Shown here: positions 52,066 through 64,000 of the stretch, piece by piece
Layout of the letters: every line of letters begins with the position of its first letter
How positions within the stretch are numbered: position 1 is the stretch's first letter
Assembly (NCBI RefSeq): GCF_006345805.1
Contig: NC_042999.1
Location: forward strand, 33,108,001-33,172,000
DNA length: 64,000 nt
Origin: Octopus sinensis
Taxonomy: Eukaryota
Direction of reading: 5' to 3'
Translations under genes and position numbers: made by a program
The notes under the pieces: model-generated
The model's input: only the letters and a program-made list of their open reading frames with translations
What the model was told of the DNA's origin: nothing
Database searches by the model: none

Positions 52066-53643
52066 CAGTGCATGGCATCAAAGTGACACTGGGATAACAT
52101 ATACAAATCCCAGTATACTCATCATAACTACCCATCTGATAAGGTTACACGAGGTACATGCATCACAACCATGTATGCGTGACATGATGATCTCATACCA
52201 AGACAAAAAGCACATGACCTGGTATGTGGGGGTCCACATAGAATTTTCTTCAGGTCGGTAGCTCATCTTCCTCAAACGATCCCTGGAAAAGAGCTGTTTG
52301 AGGATGTTGGACGAAATAACCGTTTTTCCAGAGGTGAATTATCCGAACCCAAAATAATTCCTCTAAACAAATGGTCATGATATTCTCCCACTATTTCTGC
52401 TCGTGATTAGAGATACACATATTGTCATTCACTAAGAGACATGCTCAAGTGGTTATGGCCAAACAACCGAGAAACAAATCTATGGTATTGTGCTGACTAT
52501 TGGTTGCAGTTGATCTTTTATATCATGACAAATCAATGTACACGATAACACTTCCAATCAGTTCAGAAAATGAGAGCCACAACCTGATACTGCATCAGGA
52601 CATATTATCATCATCATTATCATCCTCATTATTATTATAAATTATTTTGTCTGTGCAAGACTTTCACTATTATTTAAGACCCAATATCTGTCACAATCTA
52701 CTTTTTTGTTTCCATTCACAATACTATTACAATGTATGAACTGGCTGATGCTACAAGATTACAGATATTTATGGATAACGAGTTCTTCTTGAGGTGAGAC
52801 TCTTGAGGCGATAAGAGACTCCAATCTCAATATTAAAATCTTGCAATATATTATTCTTTCAGAGTGCTGCAGATAGCCAGCAGCAAGAGTATAATAGTTG
52901 AATATATTTAATATGTATACCGTATTTTTATAATCAGAAATTGCTTTTATATGCAATGCAATAATTTTAACGTTAATACATTACCGTAGGAATAAAATTA
53001 TTTAATACTAGATATATTCGGTAAATTTTCACTAGTCTGTGTTTCAATGGTTATTGACTTTATCTTAGGTCAGTCCTGTATGTTTGCTTACTCAGCTCTC
53101 TGTTTTTCTTTTGTCTTTCTTTTCCTCTCTCCCTCCTCTCTCTCTCTTTCTTACCATACATACTTAGGTGTACGTTGCGTGCACGCATGCATCGTCGCGG
53201 TGGTAAACAACGTAGTGCACTGTGATATATGGTCATTTTCTCAGGTTTGGTTCCAATCCTCCTCTGAAAATTATATTTCCGTCGGCTTTCTTTTCATTCA
53301 TTCAAATAAATTAATTGCAGTATCATATGTAACAAATCTAGGAATTTATTTCTTCAATGCACGCGTAAATATGACAAACCTTGAGTATATTTCCTCTTTC
53401 ACGAAAACAACGAAGGAACAACAATTGCGGTCGTTACACAGCTACATAACTTATTTCAAATAGAAGTATGTTGTTGTCTAATTTCTTTTAAATAAACTGC
53501 AAATATTATAAAAAGCATGCCTTTAATACTGGTATGGCCTAATTTATCATATGTTCTTCCGATCTAATGTAATTATTAGATTTTAGTGACGAAATATTGC
53601 TAATAGCTCTAAGAATCCCGAACAAAAAATGTTAAGTTCCATA

Positions 53644-53820
53644 CAGGCTTTGCGGTAAAAAAGCCTCCCATCCAACCTCATAATTCTGAGATCAATCCCA
53701 CTGTGTGGCAACCTGGGCAGCTTTATTTCACTATAGATTCGTGTTGACTAAAACACTATGAGTGGATTTGGTAGAAGCAGACTGAAAGAAGCCCGTCGTA
53801 TGTATATATATATATATTAT

Positions 53821-53907
<87 letters not shown>

Positions 53908-54019
53908 TGTGTTAATTGTGAAATTCCAGTTTAGTCTAATTTTCACGGTTTATTGTTTACAATCTTTACAATATTGTAAAGATTGTAAACAATAAAGCGT
54001 GAAAATTAGACTAATTAAC

Positions 54020-54050
<31 letters not shown>

Positions 54051-54497
54051 CGACGGGCTTCTTTCAGTCTGCTTCTACCAAATCCACTCATAGGTGTTAC
54101 GCTATCGTCATGTTTTTGTAGTGACTGTTGTCTTCCGCAATTGACAACTGTTCCCAGTTATGGAACATTCTATATACGCAACCATACAAACTCGGATATA
54201 TATATATATATATGTCAAGTGAATGACGGAATATGGAATATGCGAGAATTATATATGCACGTGTGTGTGTGTGTGTGTGTGTGCGTGTGTATATTCAAGC
54301 TTTTGTCTTTGTGTCTATGTTTGGCCCCCTCAACCACTTGACAACAGGTTTTGGTGTATTTGTGTCCCTTAAATTAGCGGTTTTTCACAAGAGACCGATA
54401 GAATAGGCTTAGAAAAAGAAATACTGGGGTCGATTCATTCGGTAAATATCCAACACGATATCCAACATGGTTGCAATCTAATGACTGAAACAAGTAT
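53644..54497 (+). mobile_element. Decayed family A SINE with an internal fold-back duplication
   Basis: 5' half at 53644-53802 and 3' half at 54310-54497; 54047-54093 is the exact reverse complement of 53756-53802. Confidence 0.8.
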
Positions 54498-56028
54498 ATA
54501 TATCAATGTAATATTAATGTTTTAGCAAACTTTACAATAGATGGCAGAATTGAATTACTGGCATCATATAGATACATTAGAAAGTACACGTACCAAAACT
54601 GTAATTGTAGTGATAGCCCTAAATTATTCTATTATCGGTTTCAACCGGGCTTTGGGTATGCTGGTGCACAGGTATCTATTAATCTTGTAGCAAACACACG
54701 TAACATCAGCAGAAAGAAATCGGTATGGGGATTCCCTAATACCTTAAAAGCACGACAGGAATGGATTCCATAAGCAACATTGATGATACGTATACCTACA
54801 TAACAAAATATTATATATTTATAGTCCTTTATACACATTAGAACTCTATATTACACCACGCAACAAGAAAATTATTGTTGGTTTAACATAATGCAGCCTT
54901 CGTTACGAAATGCTAAAATAAACTTTTCGATGTCAACGGTGGTCTTTTGTCAGGAATAGATTTTGTATCATTATAGGATAATACATTCTAGATTCTGTAG
55001 GGAAAGGGATACAAATTTTGATTTAGAACTTGCAGAGATGTGGTTAGTTCTTCACTTGTAATAGAAGAAATAGATACAAAAAATTTGATAGTATTCTATG
55101 GTGCTATGTGTCACATGATTATGGTGACAATTAACACTGACTTCTATTGTAGATGTTACCTTGTATTTAGAAACAACGGCTTATATATAACTTGAATTTA
55201 GAATAGATAAAATATTTGAGTCAGATAATGTACGACTTGTGTGACATATTTTATGTATCTAGGTGCAAGGACGAATCATGTACATATGTGTGTGTGTCGT
55301 TTGATATCGTGGTAATTTCGCCGTTAATATACAGACACAAGACATTGCGCGGAAACAGCCAAACTGAGGCACGCCAGTGATGCACATCAGCGATGTGCTA
55401 GTGAGAAAGACATCCATGAAAATATATTGGGGTGGATCCGCGTGATAAGAATCTGCGGTTCCCTTAGTTGAAAATGTTCCATTAGAGATTGGCAATCCAG
55501 ATATGATCGAAAGCTATATATCTCTGTCAATAGCATTGCTTTGACCGACTGTCTCTAGATTTCGTGCTCCTTTTCCATAGCTTTTCCCTTTAGCAAGGTC
55601 TTCCAATGAACAATGCTTGATCGTAATTTCTTCCTTCTACATGTCTCTCATCTTCTCTTCACTTTTGCTTCTCTCATTGTATTTTGAAACCATTCCTCTA
55701 ATCTATTTTCTTTATACTTTATTTGTAAGTTTCTTTACACATTTGCAATTTATATTTGCTGTATTTGGCAGGGATTATTTATTTCCTATCGTATCTATTT
55801 TGTCGATTACTCATCATTTGTTAAACTTTTGGCTAGCGAACACACGCAATCTGTCTGTTAAAACACTTTGATTAAGAAGCCGTGACTAAACATCGTGCCA
55901 TATGAGCGAGAGTTGCTTATCTCGCAATCGGGAATTTTATTACAGTCCTCAAACTATAAATGTATAACGCTAAATCAAAAACCATGCAAAACCGAAGAAA
56001 ATTTATTACACACTTAAAAATCTTCATA

Positions 56029-57160
56029 TTCGAGGGTCGGCCGAAAAATCTTAGGCTGAACAAAATATTCTCATGGGATGTAACAGACTAACAGTTATTT
56101 TTTTAACATAGTCCCCCTTTCGATACACGCACACCTTTCATCAGTTTTGCAATGCATGTATCCTGTTACTGAAGACTCTGTCATCTTGTTAGTCAAAGAC
56201 ATCATCAGTATTATATATGACACTTCATCAGTGATACTTGTTCCCAGCCAAGTGTATACTCATTATGAGAAATAAATCATAATCAGATGGGGGTCTAATA
56301 ATGAGGATAATCAAATAGCCCAAATCCAGTGAAGCACATGAGCCTTTGAAACCAAGGATTTGTGTTCTGGTGCTTTGTCCTGAGGGAATATGATCCCGTT
56401 TATCAGTTGAGCGAAGCGTTTGGCTTTGATAGCCCAGCAGCTTGGTATTCTCTTGATCGTAATATAAGCCACTCTCACTCATCTGGCCAAATATATGATC
56501 GCAGATCATGTGTCCGTTATACAAAACGTTTAATTATTCATAACTGCCTCAGAACTCGGTATAGTACTCTTCACCGATGGTGTGATCCCTTTGAAGAGAG
56601 TCAATAAACACAATGCCTTTTTGTTGCATCTCAAACAACTGAGCCCATCAACCTCCCCGCAGATGAAACGACGTTAGCCTTTATTGGAATAGGTGTGGAG
56701 GGGTGTTCGTACTGCATGAATTGCCTCGTTGTCTCTGGGTCAAATTGATGAACCCAACGCACTTTGTAATTTAGGAAACATTCAAGGAAACCAGCCACGT
56801 CTGTGTCAACTTATGTCAGGTCTTCACGTGCACTCTTGATCAGATGTCAGATGAGGTATCAACCACCGAGCAGAAACCCTCATTACCAGCAGGATATTTT
56901 CAACTCTTTCACGGTAATCGCAAATATCATTGGCTATTTGAAGTATAGCCAGTCATTGGTCATCCATAAGCCTGTGTCGAACGCGTTTAATCTTTTCCTC
57001 GGTGGTGGCAGTTGCAGGACCTCCAGACCTTGGATCATCTTCAAGCGTCTCCATACTCCTCCTAAATTTCGCTGCCCAGTTTTGTACTGTCGATAAAACT
57101 GAAGTGTCATCCCCTAATGTAGTCAGCATTCCAGTATGAATGTCTTTTCTTTATGGTGGC
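56029..57160 (-). mobile_element. Mariner (DD34D-type) transposon, decayed transposase plus one TIR
   Basis: Minus strand, with frameshifts: KDIHTGMLTTLGDD..LSTVQNWAAKF, LEDDPRSG.PATATTEE, VSARW, WVHQFDPET, SAGRLMGSV, QDKAPEH, PSDYDLF, RKGDYVKK. TIR-like cgagggtcggccgaaaaa at 56031. Confidence 0.92.
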
Positions 57161-57225
57161 CACTCAAACACTGGGCAACATATAATATATTTATATTAAA
57201 ACGCTATTGAGACTCAAATACTATA

Positions 57226-57229
57226 AGTC

Positions 57230-57287
<58 letters not shown>

Positions 57288-57328
57288 TGTGGTGGTGGTG
57301 GCGATGGTAGTAGTAGTGGTGGTGGTGG

Positions 57329-57367
<39 letters not shown>

Positions 57368-57419
57368 CGGTGTGGTGGTGGTGGTAGTAGTAGTAGTAGC
57401 TGTAGTAGTAGTAGTATTG

Positions 57420-57455
<36 letters not shown>

Positions 57456-57588
57456 ATATTGGTGGTAGTAGTAATAGTAGTAATAGTAGTAGTATTAGTA
57501 GTAGTTGTTGCTTTTGTTGAAAAGAAGAAGAAGAAGAAGAAGAAGAAGAAGAAGAAGAAGAAGAAGAAGAAGAAGAAGAAGAAGAAAA
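57226..57588. repeat. Compound (AGT)n/(GGT)n/(AAG)n microsatellite
   Basis: Seen directly; lies beside the decayed 5' part of the mariner. Confidence 0.95.
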
Positions 57589-59702
57589 AAATACGGAAGA
57601 GGTTCGGTGGCAAAGGCTCGGAAAAATGAGTTTAACTTATTGGTACGCTTATGCCAATGACATTTTGTGTTATATCCAATCCATCCACGAGATTGTAGCC
57701 CGTGCAGTCAGCCATAACTTTCTCCAAGAGGATATTACATATTTTCTGTTAATATATCTAAATTAAACCGTTAGCCAACGCAGACATAAATGTTGGGAGG
57801 CACAGTTGTTCATAGACGAAGAGACAATTAATTTTTCCATGAAATATCTCTATGGAAACTAGCGCAGTGTAAGAGAAAGAGAGGCATGCCTTATTCGACA
57901 TAAGTGCAACTAGCGCAGTGTAAGAGAAAGAGGACGCATGTCAAAACATGTTACCGAGACGATGGAAGACGGAAACGTGCAAGCGACTGGACAATTGATG
58001 TCATTACGTTTGAAATGACGGCATAAGTTATATGTACCGAAGTTATGGGAAAGGTGAGAGGCAAATACTTAACAGAAACATAAACAGCTTTCAAGGTAGT
58101 ATCGTCGCCATGAATTGAAACCTTCCTAATTTCTTTATTTTGCATGTAAGAGTGTGTGCGTGGGAATCATTTCCGAAAGAGAGACAATTAGTTGCAATAC
58201 ACATCAGTAATCAAAAATGGAGAAATTAAAATTATCTGATGCATTAACAGATGCAGTCGCAAGCAAAAGAGAATTTGGAAATGGAGATATTGTAATCTGA
58301 AACGCCAAGACAATGTAATGAAAATTATAAAACAAATTCTCAGTTAATTTTAATGTGCCAAGCGTGACATGGACAGCTATTCTTCGTTGAAGAAATCACG
58401 ATATAATTGCCATCAGTAAAGATGTTTGATAATAATTTTGCCGTTCATAATATGGATAATTGTATACAAGCTATGAGGTCAAAGAATATTTATTTTTAGA
58501 CGAAGCGCAACCCCTTTCAAGTGGATTAAAGGTACATGGCATTTATTCTTCAACGAACAATGCAGATGGGTACTATTGTCATATACCTAAAAGTGACATT
58601 ATTTCTGGCTGCATTTCAAACAAAATCTCTTAACTAGACATGTGAGATGCATAGAATAATTATTCTTTCTACTTGAAAATGAAGACACAATGGAGAAATT
58701 AGCAATAGCTGGTATCAGAGTAGTATCACTGTCATGCATTTAAAATTCCTAATTTCATACTTGTGCCTGTGTATATGTATATAATTGTGTGTGCGTGTTT
58801 GAGAGAGAGAAGGAGTGTGTGAGTGAGAGAGAGAGGGAGTGTGTGAGTGAAAAAGAGTGTATTTGTGCGTGTGTGTGTGAGAGAGTGTGTGCGTATGTGT
58901 GAGTGAGAGAGAGAGAGAGAGATCTGAAGAACTGTGGCTATTATGTGTAATACTTTCCTGTAATCAGCTGAATGCTTTTCTTTAAACGAACAACAACCAG
59001 TAAATATCTAAGCATATTAGTGTAGATGAAGCGATAATCTTCCTGATGAACGCTCTATAATAGAATCACTTAAATCATTTTATTCCATCTGAAAAGCAGC
59101 CATAGATTGAATTTTAAATCAGGGTTAGTTGAAACGATATTACATAATTCAATGAGGTCTTCGTAATGGACCTGCACTAGATTGGATTTTAAAATAGGGT
59201 TAGTTGCAAAGCTATTAAGTAATGTATGAATTCAGTAAGGGTTTTATAATGGAACGATGATAGAAATATCCTTACGTTGCAATTGCCCTGAATTTTAGCT
59301 AATAAGTAATTTGTTTGTCGGTATGCTAAATTTAATAAGTGGTGGTAAAGCAGCAGAGTATTATGAACGAATTTATCCTTTATTAAATACAGAACTCAGT
59401 TATCTATTGAAATAGCTAATGCAATGTTATTTATTAAAAGATAGTAGATCGTTTAATACAGTAGATAATTTAGACTCGGTTAAGTATACCTTGCATTCAC
59501 TGGGGCTGAGGATTAACCTCATGTTGCTGCTAGGTTTAATTAAAGACAATAGGCAAGGAAAATAGAGAGGAGGACAGATAACTAAACACCTTCATACACA
59601 ACAAAGTATAAATAGTTTAATTTATAATGGTGATGACGATAACATGTAAAATGGCATCGATGTTATAGTGACATTACGATGAAATAACCGTTATAGTTAT
59701 TA

Positions 59703-60106
59703 TACTCTTTACTCTTTTACTTGTCTCAGTCATTTGACTGCGGCCATGCTGGAGCACCGCCTTTAATCGAGCAACTCGACCCCAGGACTTATTCTTTTGT
59801 AAGCCCAGTACTTATTCTATCGGTCTCTTTTGCCGAACCGCTAAGTGACGGGGACATAAACACACCAGCATCGGTTGTCAAGCAATGCTAGGGTGGACAA
59901 ACACAGACACACAAACACACACACGCATACATATATATGCATATATACGACGGGCTTCTTTTCCGTCTACCAAATCACCTCACAAGGCTTTGGTCGGCCC
60001 GAGGCTATAGTAGAAGACACTTGCCCAAGGTGCCACGCAGTGGGACTGAACCCGGAACCATGTGGTTGGTAAACAAGCTACTTACCACACAGCCACTTCT
60101 GTGCCT
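59703..60106 (-). mobile_element. Family A SINE, full length
   Basis: Reverse complement closely matches 35267-35680. Confidence 0.93.
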
Positions 60107-60569
60107 GGTTCATAAAAATATAATATTTGCATTTTCTTTGTCCGTTACTCACCCGTAGGTGACAAATTACGTTGACGAAATCAGAACATTTTGGACGAAA
60201 TATATGACAGAATGCTCATGTTTTAATTCTCAGCAGTCATAGAATTGTCCCGAGGGAGTGCGACTGGTTATTGTGACTACACTACATTCCGAAGAATGAA
60301 ACATAACAATGGTTTTGGAACTAAGCTGAAAATCACACGAACTGTGATAAAGTAGTCATCATTTTGTAGTTAATTAACAAATAAAGCAATTGCAAAAATC
60401 ATTAATAGTTCGCCTTTTATGAAATATATGGATATTTTGTGCTGGTGTGTATGTTTTGTGTATGGGTGTTTGTTTGCTTAATCTTTTATCTTTCATATTT
60501 TCGCGTCATTCACAGCGTCTATACCTTTTGTAGAATTTAGTGGAACAAATCCACAGTTGTACTTGTTCT

Positions 60570-60670
60570 TTTAAGACTGGTACTTAATCCAGAAGCGCTC
60601 TTTTACCGAACCGCTACGTAGCTGGGATGTAAACTGAGCAACAGTTGTGAGGGCTCTAAACAGACACAAA
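60570..60670 (-). mobile_element. Family A SINE 3' part, decayed
   Basis: gactggtactta...ctcttttaccgaaccgcta...aacagttgt resembles 59800-59900. Confidence 0.6.
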
Positions 60671-61209
60671 TAACACGCACACACATATATATGTATTAAT
60701 GTATACACACACGCACACACATGCACACATACATACATATGTATATATATACACACACACTCATATATACCAAACGACCCGTTGTGGCACTGACGGTTCA
60801 GGTTATAAATAATTGAAGCTGATTTCAACACTGCATTGAAAGGAAAGCTATGATGATTCATTTAAACATTACACTTCGTTCGTGTCACCATAGGTCTGCT
60901 TAACAAGTTCATGTTCAAGGTTTTATTGATCAGTTACAGTATCTAATAGAAATGGAACTTCCACGATAAACCTGAACTCCAGTAAAACCATCTATTTAAG
61001 ATATAGGTGCACACTTCTACAATCATGCAAGAGGAATTGTTTGATAACGTAAATATAAAATTAATGTAAAGAATCTTCCCATTTCAGGGTTATGATACGT
61101 TCGGAGTATTTTCTCAATGTGCTCCGTTTTGGCTATATTAAATTACAAGCAATCACGCACGCAAACAAGCACACAAACCATGCTGGCAAAACTAAAGATC
61201 TGTACCCAA

Positions 61210-62830
61210 CCCCGAATCTGTTGCCTCATAACTTCCATAAACATGGATATTTTAACGAAATTTTCAACAGATGCTGTTTGGATGCTATGGATTCAGAATA
61301 TGTAGGGGTATATAGGAACGAATTTTCCCAAGGAGTTTTGTAAAATTCACGCGATCCGCTTTTTTCTCCCATAACTTTCATAAGTTGGATATATATTAAT
61401 GAAATGTTATGCAAATACCTTTCAAACGGCATAGATTACCCGTATAAGGAAATATGCGAAAAGAAATGTCTTCCGAGGTGGTGGGGAGAGAAGTTTCGAA
61501 AAAACAGTGTTTCGTATCAGCAAGACAAAATAAGTTGAAACTACTCCGTTTTGACGGGAATTTACAGGAAACGATGCGGGCCGGGACCTTTTTTATGAAA
61601 ATAGTTTTTAAAATTTTCTTTGTACAGCACCCCCTCTTCATCCCACTATGGACGGAATTTGACCATTTTTTCTTTTTCTTTTTTGCTTTTGCACTTTAAA
61701 ACCATTTTTCTTTTCTTATTTTAATATTTTCAGGGGAAAAAGTCAGTGATGTAAGGGAAATTTTGTAGTTGTTTCTAGCACGTCCCAATACAATCCTCCT
61801 CGTTTCAGTCTCACTCTTGAATGTGTTGATGTTTGTCAATATTTTATCTCCCCATAACTCCCTTTATATGCCATAAAAATATCTGAAAAATTATAATCTT
61901 TTTGCAAACCCACTCCGTGCTCCGATTGTTTCTGCTTATAAATCAAAATTTGGGAGATCCTGAGAAGGTCGTTGCTGGCATTTATCCCCAGTGCTACGTA
62001 AACGATAATTCGTTTTAATAGCATATTTTCCGTGAGAAAATGTAATTGTTTTTTTTTCTGTACGCACACACGTCATTACATGATTGAGGTGGGGGTAAAA
62101 ATTCAAATTACAACGGACCGCACGTGCGTATCTTCGGTATCGTCATTTCATAAAATGTGTTTAATGGGAGAAAACTATTGAGAAATCATCAATACATGTG
62201 AGAGGAAGAAACGAGGGTGGTTTGAGAGGTGCTAGAAACAACAGCGAAATCTCCCTTGGATCATACACACTGTCCTATGAAAATATTTACAACATCTTTT
62301 TCATCGAAAATGCTCTTCCCATGGTTTTCAAGTTAATAGAAAATATTGGCCAAAATCCGTCCGGAGTGGGATGGTGAAGAATTTTAAAAATTTTCACAGA
62401 AAGATGCCCCCAAAACCAACATCATTACGGATGCTGTTGTGAATTAAAATCAATGGGGAAAATTCCATTGTTTTTATTTTACAACAGAGTAGTTTCAAAT
62501 TATTTGGTCTTCCTGATACGTAACTCAAATTTTTCGAAATTCCTCTCCACTCCCACTCCTAAATATTGTCCCTACACATTTCTTTACAATCGTAATCAAT
62601 GTCGTTTGAAAAGTATTTCTATAAAATTCCATTAACAGAAATCCATTTTCCTGAAAGTTATGAGAAAAAAATTGGTTCATGTGAATTTTCCGAAACTACT
62701 TTCCACCAACCCCATCAGAAAATTATTTCCCATAAAGCCCTATAGACACTGAATCCACAGCGGTATTTATTGAAATTTTCATTAAAAAGTATCCATCTTT
62801 TTCTGGAAATTATGAGGCAATAAAATCAGT
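61210..62830. repeat. Large diverged inverted repeat (~660-bp arms, ~285-bp spacer)
   Basis: Anchors pair around ~62010-62020: 61224-61238/62804-62818, 61362-61380/62652-62671, 61641-61660/62353-62371, 61768-61780/62229-62241. Confidence 0.75.
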
Positions 62831-63088
62831 GGTCTATACATCTGTAGATATACCAACAAACCTATCCAGATTTCACCGTAAAGGGCAATAATTCTAGGTT
62901 TTACAGCATAATTTTACGGAACCCCCCCCCCCCAACAAACGCGTATCTTGAGAATCGATTTACGTGAAACATGTTTTATTCCGTTTGTACTCATGTATCA
63001 GGGGTACCTTACTTTCAAGGTATTTTCTCACTATACGCCCCTTTGGGTGTATTAAATGATAGACATGCAAGCAATAAGAGAATTTTAG

Positions 63089-63129
<41 letters not shown>

Positions 63130-63133
<4 letters not shown>

Positions 63134-63580
63134 CCTGGCAGAAGGCGGTGACCTGGCAGAAACGTTAGCACGCCGGGTGAAATGCGTAGCCGTATTTCGT
63201 CCGCCGTTACGTTCTGAGTTCAAATTCCGCCGAGTCCGACTTTGCCTTTTATCCTTTCGGGGCCGATAAATAAAGTACCAGTTACGCACTGGGGTCGATG
63301 TAATCCCCTTGTCTGTCCTTGTTTGTCCCCTGTGTCTAGCCCTTGTGGGCAATAAAGAAATAAGAAACGTTAGCACGTCGGGCGAAGTGCGTAGCCGTAT
63401 TTCGTCCGCCGTTACGTTCTGAGTTCAAATTCCGCCGTGGTCGACTTTGCCTTTCATCCTTTCGGGGGTCGATAAATAAAGTACCAGTTACGCACTGGGG
63501 TCGATGTAATCGACTTAATCCCTTTGTCTGTTCTTGTTTGTCCCCTCTGTGTTTAGCCCCTTGTGGGCAGTAAAGAAATA
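63130..63580 (+). mobile_element. Family C SINE tandem dimer
   Basis: Unit 1 63144-63361, unit 2 63362-63580; B-box-like gagttcaaattcc. A 14-bp duplicate gtgacctggcagaa precedes the head. Confidence 0.93.
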
Positions 63581-63651
63581 TATATATATGTGTGTGTGTA
63601 TGTATGTATGCACAATAGGTACACACATATGCATATATATATATATATATA

Positions 63652-64000
63652 CTAGCAGTACCGCCCGGCGTTGCACGGGTTTGTAAGGGAAATAACTATA
63701 CAGCATTTTTGGAGATTTATAGCCAAAAAATAGCAAAAAATGCATTAAAAATGGAAAAAATATGATGGTAATTTTTTTTTAATCGTTGACTCATCGTAGA
63801 CATTTTTAGAGAGTTACTTTCCTTTAAAAAAATATGCATGAAAATGGAAAAAAATGATGGTAAATTATTTTTAAAATCGTAGACTCATCGTAGACGCGCG
63901 CTAATACCCAGAAGGGCTCGATATGAATCACGACTATAAGATACCCGGTTTTGTTTAAACTGCACCTCACAATGTGGGAGTAGTTAGGAAACTAAATCAT
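63652..64000 (-). mobile_element. Non-autonomous Helitron 3' end; element runs off the window
   Basis: Minus strand cccgtgcaacgccggg hairpin, 8 nt, then CTAG|T at 63652-63655. Internal ~93-bp-period repeat at 63747-63801 and 63841-63895. Confidence 0.8.

Noticed and set aside
57857-57932. CRISPR-like repeat-spacer pattern
   Set aside because: Only two repeats, eukaryotic context, no cas genes. No CRISPR array was seen anywhere in the window.

Overview
AT-rich, microsatellite-dense eukaryotic DNA that is almost entirely transposon-derived. The tRNA-derived SINEs resemble octopus families I recall, so an octopod cephalopod is likely (inference, no search run). I can support no intact host gene, only two weak exon candidates. 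Contents: (1) four Penelope-like element (PLE) remnants, one near-complete (RT + GIY-YIG) with a 100-bp inverted terminal copy, a ~3.6-kb repetitive 3' tail and an intact minimal hammerhead ribozyme; (2) six co-oriented R4/Dong-type RLE LINE pieces among (TAA)n tracts at 14.5-26.5 kb, plus one elsewhere; (3) two Tx1/L1-like remnants; (4) a decayed mariner transposase and a second mariner 3' fragment; (5) three SINE families, including nested copies and concatemers; (6) MITEs, Helitron-type ends and foldbacks. Best leads: hammerhead-bearing (TA)n-associated elements, the long PLE tail and Asn-rich linker, a TIR element enclosing a tRNA-like Pol III core, and SINE multimers sharing an identical junction at two loci. 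All alignments were done by eye, so boundaries are approximate unless stated as exact.
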